A stretch of 64,000 nt of DNA, from IMG/VR virus record IMGVR_UViG_3300046387_000246, positions 1-64,000 of that record. One strand, given 5' to 3'. This document shows, piece after piece, positions 43,824-55,012 of this stretch (positions are counted from its first letter, which is position 1; every line of letters begins with the position of its first letter). Under the pieces are notes generated by a model that saw nothing but the letters and a program-made list of their open reading frames with translations, was not told the DNA's origin and did no database searches. This stretch comes from a virus. Both the position numbers and the translations under genes were made by a program.

Positions 43824-45698
43824 ATGACAAGAACCGTCCCAGGCACAGGAGCAAAAATTGAACCACTCTTTAACTCTATATTTGGTGTTCGAGATGTTTA
43901 TGTGGTGGATGGTGGTAGTGGCTATAACAGCTCTGATCCTCCCCACTTAAAGATATCTAACTGCGGTACTCCAATTCGAGATGCAATACTTGAACCAGTT
44001 ATTGAAAACGGTCAAATTGCATCTGTTAAGGTCTTGGATCCTGGTGAAGGATATGATCCTTTTAGAATAGATGTTGAAACATCTGGAAATGGTTCAGGTG
44101 CATTTGCATCTGCTGTCTTATGGGAAACAGATCAATATGATCAGTTAGGAAATCTTCTTGCTCCTGCTGGATCAATTCAATATATACAAGTATTATCTAA
44201 CGGTGACGAATACTTTTCAGATGCTACAACTGCTACTATAAAAGGTGGTGGTGGATCTGGAGCAGAATTACGTCCTGTTGTGGGATTAGTTACTGGTTTG
44301 TCTTTGGAGACTGCTGGTGCTAATTATGAGATAGGGGATGTAAACCTCATAGTCTCTGGTGGCGGGGGTCAAGGTGCTACAGGTGTTACCGAAGTCAGTG
44401 AATTTGGTATCGTTAAGAATATAACCATATCAAATCAAGGTGAGTTTTATGAAACTCCTCCTGTTATTCTATTGAATGGTGGTGGTGGATCTGGTGGTAA
44501 AGCAGAAGCAACAGTAAATCTTGGTGCTATTACTAGCATTGATATTAGTAATCCTGGTGGTGGTTATTCTAGTAACCCATCAGTTATCTTTACTAGAAAT
44601 ACTGATCTAACAAAACAGTCAAGAACCAGACAATCATTTAACTCAACATTATATGATATAAGTGGTCTTCTTAAAGACGTTGATGAAAATGATGAAACAG
44701 TCTTTGTTCAAACGACAGCTCCTTATCCAGGATCAGGTAAGATCCTACTTGGTAGGGAGGTTATTCGTTATACAGGAAAGACTCTTACATCATTTACTGG
44801 ATGTGACCGTGCTCTAAACTTTAGATACGATCAAAAAGTTGTATTAGATACTCTCTCAGATATTGACGGTGTATCTAACTATGACTTTAATGTTGGTGAT
44901 AGAGTTGTAAGAACTAATGAGAGTTCTGGTAATAAGATTGCTAGAGTATATGATTGGATTCCAGAAACACGTGCTTTATATTTGGTATTTGAGGTAGACG
45001 AACTAGCATTCATTGATGGTGGTTCTTCTAAGATGGTATCACAGGTGATTGACTTTTCTGGTGGTGTATCTGCTGCATCTGCTACAGGTGTTGAACCTCA
45101 TATCTTGATTGATGCACCTGGTGAAAAGATTATTACTTTAACAGTTCCTATTCAGGATATCCCAGATAAAGCATTCCAAGATATCGCTGAATTACAAGGT
45201 TTGGGTGATGGTATCCCTGACCTGGTAAATACTAATACCGATTTCGAAGGTGAAATCAGTCTTGATGGTGGTATTGCATCATCTTTATATGGTATTGAAG
45301 AAACCCTCGGTGGTACTAACACAACTCTGTTTGCAGTTGGTGACCAAATGACTGACGGTTCTAAACCATCTTTATCACCTACTGTTTCCATTGCTGGAGA
45401 ACTTGGTGATGGTGATTATCATTATGCTTATGTTGATTTTGAGTTCCGTAGTCTCGATGCTAGTGGTTCTCAAAACTTTAGTGTTGATGAGACTGTCACT
45501 GGTTCTATTACTGGAATCACTGCTACAGTTATGACTTGGGATGCAACAACAAAAATACTAAGAGTTAAATCCGTTGTTGAAAATAATGGAAATTCACTCT
45601 GGAATGGCAACGAATTAATCACTGGTTCTTCGACTGGTGCAGTGGGTACGATCAAACAAATCTTGTATCCATCGAGTATTCGAAACGAGCCTGATTAA
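43824..45698 (+). CDS. baseplate structural protein with G.GY/GGGG repeats
   Basis: Repeats shared with the gp7-like and gp8 proteins. Confidence 0.7.
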   Translation: MTRTVPGTGAKIEPLFNSIFGVRDVYVVDGGSGYNSSDPPHLKISNCGTPIRDAILEPVIENGQIASVKVLDPGEGYDPFRIDVETSGNGSGAFASAVLWETDQYDQLGNLLAPAGSIQYIQVLSNGDEYFSDATTATIKGGGGSGAELRPVVGLVTGLSLETAGANYEIGDVNLIVSGGGGQGATGVTEVSEFGIVKNITISNQGEFYETPPVILLNGGGGSGGKAEATVNLGAITSIDISNPGGGYSSNPSVIFTRNTDLTKQSRTRQSFNSTLYDISGLLKDVDENDETVFVQTTAPYPGSGKILLGREVIRYTGKTLTSFTGCDRALNFRYDQKVVLDTLSDIDGVSNYDFNVGDRVVRTNESSGNKIARVYDWIPETRALYLVFEVDELAFIDGGSSKMVSQVIDFSGGVSAASATGVEPHILIDAPGEKIITLTVPIQDIPDKAFQDIAELQGLGDGIPDLVNTNTDFEGEISLDGGIASSLYGIEETLGGTNTTLFAVGDQMTDGSKPSLSPTVSIAGELGDGDYHYAYVDFEFRSLDASGSQNFSVDETVTGSITGITATVMTWDATTKILRVKSVVENNGNSLWNGNELITGSSTGAVGTIKQILYPSSIRNEPD

Positions 45699-45704
45699 AC
45701 CCAG

Positions 45705-45712
45705 TATAAATA
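45705..45712 (+). promoter_or_regulatory. T4-type late promoter TATAAATA
   Basis: Exact consensus in the intergenic gap before gp8. Confidence 0.8.
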
Positions 45713-45733
45713 AAAGGAAGGCAATAGTATCCA

Positions 45734-47269
45734 ATGGCATTACTAACCGATCAATTTAGAATTTTTACCGCAGAGAAGTTCATCAAATCGCTTGAAGGTC
45801 CTGATAAGAACCAGAGCGATATAGCTGCTGGTGCGAACAGAGATCGCTTGTATGTTTTTATTGGACGACCTCAAGAGTGGGATAATGAAAATAACCCACC
45901 GACTCCTGTTGACTCTTTCCAAGAGTTCTCAGATAGTTACGATGATATGATCTCGATGAAGCGTGTTCTAGCGAATGACGCTGTTCAGGTTATACGTCGT
46001 ATTGACTGGATTCCCCCAGAACAAACAACTGGTGGTTTGGGTTATGTGTACGATATGTATCGTCACGATTATTCATCCAGTAAGACAGCATCTTCTGGTG
46101 CTACTAAATTATATGACGCAGATTTCTACGTTGTAAACTCATCTTATCAAGCATATAAGTGTATCTACAACGGAACAAGTCCAAGTGATCCTAATGGTAA
46201 ACCATCAACGGTTGAACCTACAGGTACTTCTACATCTATCATCACAACTGCTGATGGTTATCGTTGGAAGTATATGTTTACGATCCCAGTTGGACAAGTT
46301 TTGAAATTCTTCTCAGGCGATTATATGCCTGTGTTACAAGACACTGCTGTTCAATCCGACGCTGTTGGTGGTGAGATTGATACAGTGGTTATCCAATCAT
46401 CTGGTTCGGGGTACAACAATGGTACATATGAAAACATTCCTATTAAAGGAGACGGTACTGGTGGACGCATATCTGTTGTGGTTGACGGTGGTCGTATCGT
46501 TAGTGCTACTGTAACGTCTGGAGGATCTAATTATTCCTTCGGTAAAGTTATCATTGATGAAATCAATGGTATTGGTGCAGGTACTGGTAGTGGTGGTGCT
46601 ATTGACGTTATCATCCCTCCTAAAGGTGGTCACGGATCTAACCCTGCAATCGAACTTGGAGGTTTCCGAGTTATGATTAACACGAAGTTTACCTACGATG
46701 AAGGATCAGGTGACTTCCCAACTGATAACGATTACAGACGTATCGGTCTAGTTCTAAACCCATTGAAATATGGTACTGAAGAATTAGGTGATGCTATTAC
46801 ATTATCTTCCACAAACGCTGTGATATTTTCTCCAGATTTTACAGGATCCTTTAACACTGATGAAATTATTACTCAAACTCGTACTATTGGTGGTCAACAG
46901 GTCACTGCTAGGGGTAGAGTTGTTTCTTGGAATAGCACAACTAAAGTTCTGAAATACTATCAGAATAGAGTTGACGGTATCTTCCCAGAAATTTCTGGTA
47001 ATAAAACTGTATTTGATGGAGGTAATACTATCGTTGGTTCAGGTTCTGGTACTTCAGCCGACCCTGATATTAACTTCCCAATCATTCCTGGTGAAGCAAC
47101 ACGTGTTATTAATAACACTGAATATGATCTCGGTATGTCATTCACATCTGGTTACGCCAAACCTGAAGTGAAAAAGGACTCTGGAAAAGTCATCTACATA
47201 GACAATAGGAGAGCAATCTCCCGTGCTGGCGACCAAATTGAAGACATTAAGATCGTAGTAGAGTTCTAA
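45734..47269 (+). CDS. gp8: baseplate wedge subunit gp8
   Basis: ALLTDQFRI, Y.FIGRPQ.W, YDMYRHDYS, YKCIYNG, DGYRWKYMFTI, SG.VIYIDNR..I.R..DQ.EDIKIVVEF. Confidence 0.9.
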   Translation: MALLTDQFRIFTAEKFIKSLEGPDKNQSDIAAGANRDRLYVFIGRPQEWDNENNPPTPVDSFQEFSDSYDDMISMKRVLANDAVQVIRRIDWIPPEQTTGGLGYVYDMYRHDYSSSKTASSGATKLYDADFYVVNSSYQAYKCIYNGTSPSDPNGKPSTVEPTGTSTSIITTADGYRWKYMFTIPVGQVLKFFSGDYMPVLQDTAVQSDAVGGEIDTVVIQSSGSGYNNGTYENIPIKGDGTGGRISVVVDGGRIVSATVTSGGSNYSFGKVIIDEINGIGAGTGSGGAIDVIIPPKGGHGSNPAIELGGFRVMINTKFTYDEGSGDFPTDNDYRRIGLVLNPLKYGTEELGDAITLSSTNAVIFSPDFTGSFNTDEIITQTRTIGGQQVTARGRVVSWNSTTKVLKYYQNRVDGIFPEISGNKTVFDGGNTIVGSGSGTSADPDINFPIIPGEATRVINNTEYDLGMSFTSGYAKPEVKKDSGKVIYIDNRRAISRAGDQIEDIKIVVEF

Positions 47270-47273
47270 AACA

Positions 47274-50200
47274 ATGCCACAGAATACCAATCTGAACATA
47301 TCGCCATATTTTGACGATTTCGACGCGGCTAATAACTTTTATCGTGTGTTATTCCGTCCTGGATATCCTATCCAAGCGAGAGAATTAACAACGATGCAAA
47401 GTCTGATGCAGAATCAGATTGAGTCGTTTGGTTCTCATATGTTCAAGGATGGCAGTATGGTCATTCCTGGTCAGATTGGTTATGACTTAGATGCAAAAGC
47501 AGTTATACTTCAAGGATCATTCTTAGGTGCAGACGTTGAGCAATATAGAACACAGTTAGACGGAAAGATTATCAGTGGTTTGACTACTGGTGTAAAAGCA
47601 AAAATTATTTTTAGTATTCCTTCAGCAACTTCTGAAAGAGGATACATTACATTATACGTTAAGTATCTAACATCTGGTGGTGAGGAATCTACTGAAGCAA
47701 CCTTTGTTGATAACGAACAGTTAATTTGTGAGTCTGAAATCACTTATGGTAGTTCTTTGATTGAGATCGGAACTCCATTTTCACAGTTGTTACCTACTGG
47801 TTCTACTGCTGTGGGTTCTACTGCTACCATTTCTAATGGTGTATATTTTATTAGAGGATACTTTGTTGACATCGTAGAGCAAACTATCATTCTTGATCAA
47901 TATACAAACAGTCCATCTTATAGGGTTGGTCTTGAGATCTTTGAATCCATTGTTACTCCTGAAGATGATCCTGCACTAAACGATAATGCTACAGGTACTT
48001 CTAACTACTCTGCTCCTGGTGGTCACAGATTTAGAATCAGAACCAGTCTAGTTAAGAAGGTTATCGATGATGATACAGATAAAAACTTCATCGAACTTTT
48101 AAGAATTAATAATTCTCAAATTGAGAGTTTTGTAGAACGTTCAGCATATAATGAATTAGCAAGAGAGATGGCTCGTCGTACATTTGATGAGTCTGGTGAC
48201 TATACTGTTAGAGATTTTGATATCCGTGTAAGGGAACATCAGAACGATGGTATCAATGGTGGTGTATATTTACCTGGTGAAACATCTCCTGATGGTGTTG
48301 CATCATCTGATGCATACTTTGCTGTTGAGATCGGACCTGGTAAAGCGTATGTTAGAGGATATGAATCTGAAACTCTAGTTCCTACATTCGCTGACTTAGA
48401 GAAATCAAGGAGTACTGTTGCATTACAGAACTCTATTATCCCATTTGAACTTGGCAACTTTATGCTAGGTGCAAATGTTAAAGGTTCTCCTATTATTAAT
48501 GGTAATAATATTACAGAAAACTATCAGGTTATTGAGTTTAGAGATATTGCACCAGGTGGTAACCTAACTGCATCTGGTACTTGTATTGGATATGGTCGTG
48601 TTGCAGCATTTGAGTATCATACTGGTACAAGTGCTGTTGCTTCAAATACTATTTTCAAAGCATACATCTTCGATTTACAACCACTTACTGTAATGAAGAT
48701 GAGTGGTAATGTTACTGTAAACCAAGGACACGTCATTAGAGGACGTAGTTCTAAAGCAAAAGCATTTGTAGAAGCAGATTATACTGGTGTTGATTTAATT
48801 AAAGTATATCAAGTCTATGGACAGTTTAGAGATGGTGAAGTTATTGAAAGAGATGGTGTAGAAATTGGTACTCTAAGTGATTTCTATCAGTATGAGATTA
48901 CTGATTCTAAAGGAATCATTGGTAAAGATCCAGATACTAATGCTATTAGATTTGCAATGGACTTCCTATTAGATCAGGAAACAATCGTTGCAGGTTCTAA
49001 CTTCAATATTAATGGTAATCCTTCTGGTACTCTTACAGGTACACAGTCTAACTTTACTTTAGACTTGAGACCTGGTGACATCCTAACTGTTAATGGTGTT
49101 GCTGAACTACAGATAGATTTAATTTCTACAGTTTCAACTAACATTGATAATCAGATTACCAGTGCTACATCTGCTGCATATAGTAGTAACGCAGTTCCTA
49201 TTCCTAATGGTGACTATGGATTTATTGTAAGACGTAGACCACAGATTTATGATAGTGAAACTGCTGATTTGATGATTGAGATGCCTAAACCATCTATCAA
49301 ATCAATCGCTGATGAATCTGCTATTGTTGCAAGATCATTTGATGATATTACTGTTACTGGTGCTAATGACTTTACAATCTCATTACCAGCAGACGAACAG
49401 TTCCTTGCATATGATAAAGATCATTACCAGTTAGTTGAACTAGCACCTACAGCAGGTACTCTAATTGATATTGCAGCTTCTCATTCATTTAACACAACTG
49501 GTACTCCTAGGACATCATTAACTGTCACAGGTCTAACAGGTGTAAGTTCTTGTCGTATGATTACCTCAGTTTCTAAGAACCAAGCTGAGAAGAAGTTGAA
49601 AAATGCTACTGAAATGGAAGTGATGAAGGTTGAGCGTACTGCTAACTCTTCTGATAATATTAGATATGGTTTAACTTATGGTTCTTTATATGGTACACGT
49701 ATTGAAGACGAAGAGGTATCTCTAGGTTCTACTGACGTATATCATATTCACGCAGTATTCGAATCTAACGATGACAACGCTGCTGTCATTCCTCATATGA
49801 CTTTCCAAGATGCAACCATCTTTAAGAAAGGTACTATCATCGAGGGTGCGACATCTAAAGCAAAAGCACGTGTTGTTAACTTCAACTCAGTGTCGTATGT
49901 ATGCCACTTTGTATATGAAAATGAAAATAGATTCTCTCTTGGAGAAAGTGTTAGTGGTTTTGATGCAAACAATAATGTAATTTCAGGTCTAGTTAATGAC
50001 GCGGATAATAGTATTAATAATGGTTCAAGAAATATTACTGCTAACTTCTATCTTGATCCTAACCAAAAAGGGCATTTTTATGATGTAAGTAAACTACTAA
50101 GGTATGCATCTTCTGGTGCACCTCTTCGTAAGTTGATGATCGTATTTAACCGATTCACTCACGAAGCAACAGGTGACTACTTTGCTGCTCAATCTTATGT

Positions 50201-53200
50201 TGGTATTGATTATTCTAGCATTCCAAGTGTTTCATTCAATGGTGAGAGTAGAGAACTCAGAGATGTTCTTGACTTCAGACCTGCCGTAACTCCAGTTCTT
50301 TCTGGATCAGGAACGGTTGGATCACCATACTATGTTAACTGTGCATCGTTAGACTTTAAAGATAGAGGATTCTCTTCTGGTGGTGTTTCAAATAACGCTA
50401 CGATTATTGATATTCCAAAACCAGAATCAGACTTCCGTTGTGACTATGATTATTATGTAAGTAGAATTGATAAGTTATTCTTAACTGATCAACAGAAATT
50501 CAAACTTGTTAAAGGTATTCCTGGTGAAGGAGATGATGTACCTGGTAATATTGATAATGCGATGTTACTTGCTACTTTATATCACGAACCTTATGGATAT
50601 GATCCTAGGAATGTAAAAATTGTTAGAGAAAACAACAGACGATTTACTATGCGTGATATCGGTCTGATTGAAAGACGTGTTGATAATTTAGAATATTATA
50701 CTGCCCTAAGTTTACTTGAACTAGAAACATCATCTATGTCTGTTAAAGACTCTGATGGTTTCGATAAGTTTAAGAATGGTTTCCTTGTAGATGACTTTAC
50801 ATCTTTTGATTCAGCAGCAACACTACACGAAGACTTTGCTTGTGCTGTTGACTTTGCTGGTGGTCAGTTACGTGCATCACATTACACAACTAATGTACCA
50901 CTCCAATATAATGCTTCAGGATCTTCAGGAGTTACTTATCACACAACAGGAACTTTAACACTTCCATATGAAGAGATTACATTTATTGTTCAACCTTATG
51001 CATCACGAGTTGAGAATGTAAACCCATTCAACGTGTTTGCTTACATTGGTAGATTAGATCTATTCCCATCATCTGATGACTGGGTAGATACACGTCGTGC
51101 TCCTGATGAAGTTGTGAACTTAGAAGGTGATTTTACTGCACAGGTTCAACGTTTTGGAGGAGATACAAACACAGGATTTGTTCCAACACAATGGAACTCT
51201 TGGAGAACTAACTGGTCTTCAAGTTCTAATAGATCTGATACTCAGACTATGAGAAGGGGTTCTTGGCCATTCATTAGAAGGATTACAACTAATACTACAA
51301 ATACAACCAGATCACAAACACGTTCTGGTATTAGAACTACTATCACACCAAGAATTGATAGACAATCTCTAGGTGATAAGGTAATTGAAAGGACAGTAGT
51401 TCCATTTATTAGATCAAGAAACATTGCGTTTAAGATTCAACGTCTAAAACCAAATACAAGATTCTATGCTTTCATTGATAATGTCAACGTAAATTATTAC
51501 ACCTCACCAAGATTAATTGAGGTTATTAAGAACCCAACTGATGATACTCGTACTAATAACACTCCATTTGTTAATGGTGAAACTGTTGTTGGTCAAACAT
51601 CTGGTTGTAGATTAAGGATCGTAAGTCCAGACACAGGATTTGATGATGGTTTAAGTCCCTATGATAGTTCTGAACTACCAACATCTTATGCATCTACCAC
51701 ACCTCTTCTTAACATCGATACTAAAACGATGTCTGAAACAGTTGCAGGTACTTACTTTGGTAACCCATTAGAAACTGAAATTCTAGTTGGTCAATCTTCA
51801 GGTGCTCGTGCTGTTGTTAAAACAAAACGTTTAGTTGCAAACACTAACGGTGATATGGAAGGTATTATGTGGATACCTAATCCTGGTGTACAAACTAACC
51901 CAAGATTTGCTACAGGTACACGTGTTATTAGATTAACAACTTCAGAAAAAGACTCTAGAGTTCCTGGTACTGTTGACTCTGCTGCATCTGCTAACTACGT
52001 TGCATCTGGTGTCATCGAGACTAAGCAACAAACAATTCTTGCTGTTAGAAATGCTGACATTGTAAGAGATACAGTTGTTAGTGATCGTGTTGTTAACGAT
52101 AACTCCACATCAACCAGAGACACAGGTTGGTATGACCCTCTTGCTCAGTCCTTCTTGGTTGAGTCTAAGGGTGGTGCATTTATTTCTAGTGCTGAATTGT
52201 ATTTCAATACAAAGGATGCAAGAATTCCTGTATCAGTACAGATCAGAGAGATGGCAAATGGTTATCCAACTACTAAGGTTCTTGCTTTCTCTGACGTTAC
52301 TCTTCTACCTTCACAGATCAATCTATCTGAGAATGGTACAGTTTCTACAAGATTTACATTCCCATCACCTGTATACGTTACAGAGAATAGAGAATACTGT
52401 TTAGTTGTTCTTTCTGACTCAAACGAATACAAACTCTGGATCTCCAGAATGGGTGAGGATGACGTTACTAATGACAGAACGATCTCTGAACAGCCATATG
52501 CTGGTGTTCTATTCAAATCACAGAACGCATCTACTTGGACTGCTGACCAGTATGAAGATTTAAAATTCAACATATACAAAGCTAGTTTTAGTACCTCTGG
52601 TTCTGGTACTGCTATATTCAATAACTCTGAACTTGCTATAGGTAACAGTGGTATTGCTCAGTTACGTTCTAATCCAATCAAGACTCTAAAACCAGAGATT
52701 AAGATTATCCTTTCAGATCACCAAGCAAACTTTACTATCGGTGCTGAGATTACACAGACGGATACATCTCCTATACCTTCAGCGATTATTAGATCTGTTG
52801 TACAAGGTATTTCAGGTTCATCTAATGCTTATATCATCGTTGATGATGTAAACGGAACATTTAGAGAAGGTGTTCAGTCTGGTTCTAATTACATCTATAG
52901 ACTTGTATCTTCAAGATCACTTGCTGATATTACATTAACTGGTGTGACAGGTACGTTTGCAACTGGTACTGCTGTAACAAATGGTACTGGTGCATCTGGT
53001 ATGGTCACCGCTTGGAATTCAGGTACTGGTGTTCTTTCAGTTAAGTCTGTTACTGGTACGTTTGCAGACGCAGACGCAATTCAACAAGAGACTGGTGGAT
53101 CTACAACTGGATCTGGTACTATCGGATCTAGTGGTGTAACAGCAACTGGAGATGATATTAACGATTACCCTGCTGCTCCTATCTCATACTTCAACCAAGC

Positions 53201-54488
53201 AACTGAGGTTGAGATCTTACACGCTAACCACTGTATGCACGACGCAGGTAATAATGTAAAAATAGATGGTGTAATTTCAGAAGTTGCTCCTACAATCATT
53301 GACTCTGCATATCATACAAATGGTATCACTGCTGCTGATGGTGTGTCTGGTACATTCTCATTACACGTTAACGATGCTTCAGCATTCCATACTACTATTA
53401 ATGGATCTACTGTAGGTACAAGTAATCCTGGTTACATTATCATTCGTGACCCTGAAATTGGACAGAAGCATTATGAAATTATTGAATACAGTGGTATATC
53501 TTCTGATGGTAAGATCATTACACTTCCTTCTGGATCTCGTGGTAAGGCAGGAACTGCTGCATTAATACACAGTTCACTAAGTCTTATTGAATGTTATAAC
53601 ATAGATGGTATTCCTTTAACAGAAGTTAATAAGTTACACACTGCTATTGGTACACCTACTTTGGATTCTTACAAAGTCGCAGTTACATCTGTGTCTACAA
53701 ACGGTATCCAAAATGGTGGTCATAATATCACAGCAACTCAGAACGTTCAATTCGAACAGTTCTATCCACAGTTGCAACAAACTGTATACCCAGAAACAGA
53801 TATCATTCCTAGATTGAACGTTGTTTCTGCTACATCTATTAAAGATGGAAATAATACAGACGAAGCATCCTTCATTAATGATGGTGTTTATCTCGACTGT
53901 ATTGCAAATGAGGATAATTACCTCACATTCCCTAAACTTATATGTTCTAAAGTAAATGAAGATGCTAAGTTAAGTGGTTCTAAATCACTGACTTTCCAAA
54001 TGTTATTAAATTCTAATAACGCTAACTTGACTCCTGTCATTGACACTGATCGTTGTTCTTTGATTACTACATCTAATAGAATCAACGAAGTAACACAAGC
54101 AAATTCAAATGCTGAGAATAGAACTGGTGATAAGAATGATGCAGTATACATTACTAAGGTAATGAATTTATTGCAACCTGCGAACACCTTGAAGGTACAG
54201 TTTGAAGGATGGAGACATCCTGATACAGAGATCTATGTTATGTACAGAATTCAACCTGTTGGTTCTTCTATTGCATTCGATGAAATCGGATATACATACT
54301 TTAATGGGAATGGTAAAGAAGACAAAACTATTCAAAAATCTGAAGCATACTTGCTCAGAGACCTTGAATACACATACAACGGACCTGAGTTCATTTCAGC
54401 TCAAGTGAAAATTATTATGACTTCGAGAAACCAAGCATATGTTCCTCTCATTAAGAACCTTCGCTGCTTATCGTTAAGTGACCTCTAA
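47274..54488 (+). CDS. VrlC-like (DUF4815-type) large structural protein
   Basis: MPQNTNLNISPYFDDFD...FYRVLFRPG..QARELT, APG.HRF, ARRT.DESGDY, FKNGF.VDDF, DPLAQSF, LFKSQN..TW...Q.EDLKF. Confidence 0.85.
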   Translation: MPQNTNLNISPYFDDFDAANNFYRVLFRPGYPIQARELTTMQSLMQNQIESFGSHMFKDGSMVIPGQIGYDLDAKAVILQGSFLGADVEQYRTQLDGKIISGLTTGVKAKIIFSIPSATSERGYITLYVKYLTSGGEESTEATFVDNEQLICESEITYGSSLIEIGTPFSQLLPTGSTAVGSTATISNGVYFIRGYFVDIVEQTIILDQYTNSPSYRVGLEIFESIVTPEDDPALNDNATGTSNYSAPGGHRFRIRTSLVKKVIDDDTDKNFIELLRINNSQIESFVERSAYNELAREMARRTFDESGDYTVRDFDIRVREHQNDGINGGVYLPGETSPDGVASSDAYFAVEIGPGKAYVRGYESETLVPTFADLEKSRSTVALQNSIIPFELGNFMLGANVKGSPIINGNNITENYQVIEFRDIAPGGNLTASGTCIGYGRVAAFEYHTGTSAVASNTIFKAYIFDLQPLTVMKMSGNVTVNQGHVIRGRSSKAKAFVEADYTGVDLIKVYQVYGQFRDGEVIERDGVEIGTLSDFYQYEITDSKGIIGKDPDTNAIRFAMDFLLDQETIVAGSNFNINGNPSGTLTGTQSNFTLDLRPGDILTVNGVAELQIDLISTVSTNIDNQITSATSAAYSSNAVPIPNGDYGFIVRRRPQIYDSETADLMIEMPKPSIKSIADESAIVARSFDDITVTGANDFTISLPADEQFLAYDKDHYQLVELAPTAGTLIDIAASHSFNTTGTPRTSLTVTGLTGVSSCRMITSVSKNQAEKKLKNATEMEVMKVERTANSSDNIRYGLTYGSLYGTRIEDEEVSLGSTDVYHIHAVFESNDDNAAVIPHMTFQDATIFKKGTIIEGATSKAKARVVNFNSVSYVCHFVYENENRFSLGESVSGFDANNNVISGLVNDADNSINNGSRNITANFYLDPNQKGHFYDVSKLLRYASSGAPLRKLMIVFNRFTHEATGDYFAAQSYVGIDYSSIPSVSFNGESRELRDVLDFRPAVTPVLSGSGTVGSPYYVNCASLDFKDRGFSSGGVSNNATIIDIPKPESDFRCDYDYYVSRIDKLFLTDQQKFKLVKGIPGEGDDVPGNIDNAMLLATLYHEPYGYDPRNVKIVRENNRRFTMRDIGLIERRVDNLEYYTALSLLELETSSMSVKDSDGFDKFKNGFLVDDFTSFDSAATLHEDFACAVDFAGGQLRASHYTTNVPLQYNASGSSGVTYHTTGTLTLPYEEITFIVQPYASRVENVNPFNVFAYIGRLDLFPSSDDWVDTRRAPDEVVNLEGDFTAQVQRFGGDTNTGFVPTQWNSWRTNWSSSSNRSDTQTMRRGSWPFIRRITTNTTNTTRSQTRSGIRTTITPRIDRQSLGDKVIERTVVPFIRSRNIAFKIQRLKPNTRFYAFIDNVNVNYYTSPRLIEVIKNPTDDTRTNNTPFVNGETVVGQTSGCRLRIVSPDTGFDDGLSPYDSSELPTSYASTTPLLNIDTKTMSETVAGTYFGNPLETEILVGQSSGARAVVKTKRLVANTNGDMEGIMWIPNPGVQTNPRFATGTRVIRLTTSEKDSRVPGTVDSAASANYVASGVIETKQQTILAVRNADIVRDTVVSDRVVNDNSTSTRDTGWYDPLAQSFLVESKGGAFISSAELYFNTKDARIPVSVQIREMANGYPTTKVLAFSDVTLLPSQINLSENGTVSTRFTFPSPVYVTENREYCLVVLSDSNEYKLWISRMGEDDVTNDRTISEQPYAGVLFKSQNASTWTADQYEDLKFNIYKASFSTSGSGTAIFNNSELAIGNSGIAQLRSNPIKTLKPEIKIILSDHQANFTIGAEITQTDTSPIPSAIIRSVVQGISGSSNAYIIVDDVNGTFREGVQSGSNYIYRLVSSRSLADITLTGVTGTFATGTAVTNGTGASGMVTAWNSGTGVLSVKSVTGTFADADAIQQETGGSTTGSGTIGSSGVTATGDDINDYPAAPISYFNQATEVEILHANHCMHDAGNNVKIDGVISEVAPTIIDSAYHTNGITAADGVSGTFSLHVNDASAFHTTINGSTVGTSNPGYIIIRDPEIGQKHYEIIEYSGISSDGKIITLPSGSRGKAGTAALIHSSLSLIECYNIDGIPLTEVNKLHTAIGTPTLDSYKVAVTSVSTNGIQNGGHNITATQNVQFEQFYPQLQQTVYPETDIIPRLNVVSATSIKDGNNTDEASFINDGVYLDCIANEDNYLTFPKLICSKVNEDAKLSGSKSLTFQMLLNSNNANLTPVIDTDRCSLITTSNRINEVTQANSNAENRTGDKNDAVYITKVMNLLQPANTLKVQFEGWRHPDTEIYVMYRIQPVGSSIAFDEIGYTYFNGNGKEDKTIQKSEAYLLRDLEYTYNGPEFISAQVKIIMTSRNQAYVPLIKNLRCLSLSDL

Positions 54489-54711
54489 TAAAAAAAAGTA
54501 CCTCTATGTGGAGGGAAAACCCAATCTAGTCCGAGATACTAATTCTGGTGCTATACTAAATACAAATGCAACCCCTCCTGGCACTGCTGCTAAAGCAAGA
54601 CGTGCTAAGGATGACCGAATAGAATCTATGCAAACTGAGCTAGATGTGCTAAAATCAGAACTATCTGACATTAAATCATTACTTATTAAATCATTGGAGC
54701 TGAACAAATGA
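54478..54711 (+). CDS. small coiled-coil protein (VEG.PNLVRD.NSGAILN)
   Basis: Motif typical of the gene following VrlC-like genes; C-terminal heptads. Confidence 0.75.
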   Translation: MTSNKKKYLYVEGKPNLVRDTNSGAILNTNATPPGTAAKARRAKDDRIESMQTELDVLKSELSDIKSLLIKSLELNK

Positions 54712-54920
54712 CTGCTGACCAAACTGAAACTGTTGATCAGGAAAAACTACTTTCTGATTTTAAAACTCGTTACCAAAACCTGATTGGAGAGAACCAAAAA
54801 CTCGCTGGTCAAATCAAACAAAACGAAACTCAAGCACTAAAACTGCAAGGAGCAATCGAAACGCTAGAATATATTTTACAACCTGGAGAAGAAGTAGACG
54901 AGGTTTCAACCGCAGAATAA
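54708..54920 (+). CDS. small coiled-coil protein, possible fibre chaperone
   Basis: GGAG RBS; LKLQGAIETLE heptads. Confidence 0.7.
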   Translation: MTADQTETVDQEKLLSDFKTRYQNLIGENQKLAGQIKQNETQALKLQGAIETLEYILQPGEEVDEVSTAE

Positions 54921-54922
54921 GC

Positions 54923-54947
54923 AAAGAGACCGCAAGGTCTCTTTTTT
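54923..54947 (+). terminator. Rho-independent terminator
   Basis: AAAGAGACC-GCAA-GGTCTCTTT followed by TTT; GNRA tetraloop. Confidence 0.9.
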
Positions 54948-54952
54948 ACGGT

Positions 54953-54960
54953 TATAAATA
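54953..54960 (+). promoter_or_regulatory. T4-type late promoter TATAAATA
   Basis: Exact consensus right after the terminator. Confidence 0.8.
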
Positions 54961-55012
54961 TCTCCAGTAGGCATTTCGTTTTCGTGCACGGAAACCATTA
55001 GAGATCTAACCA

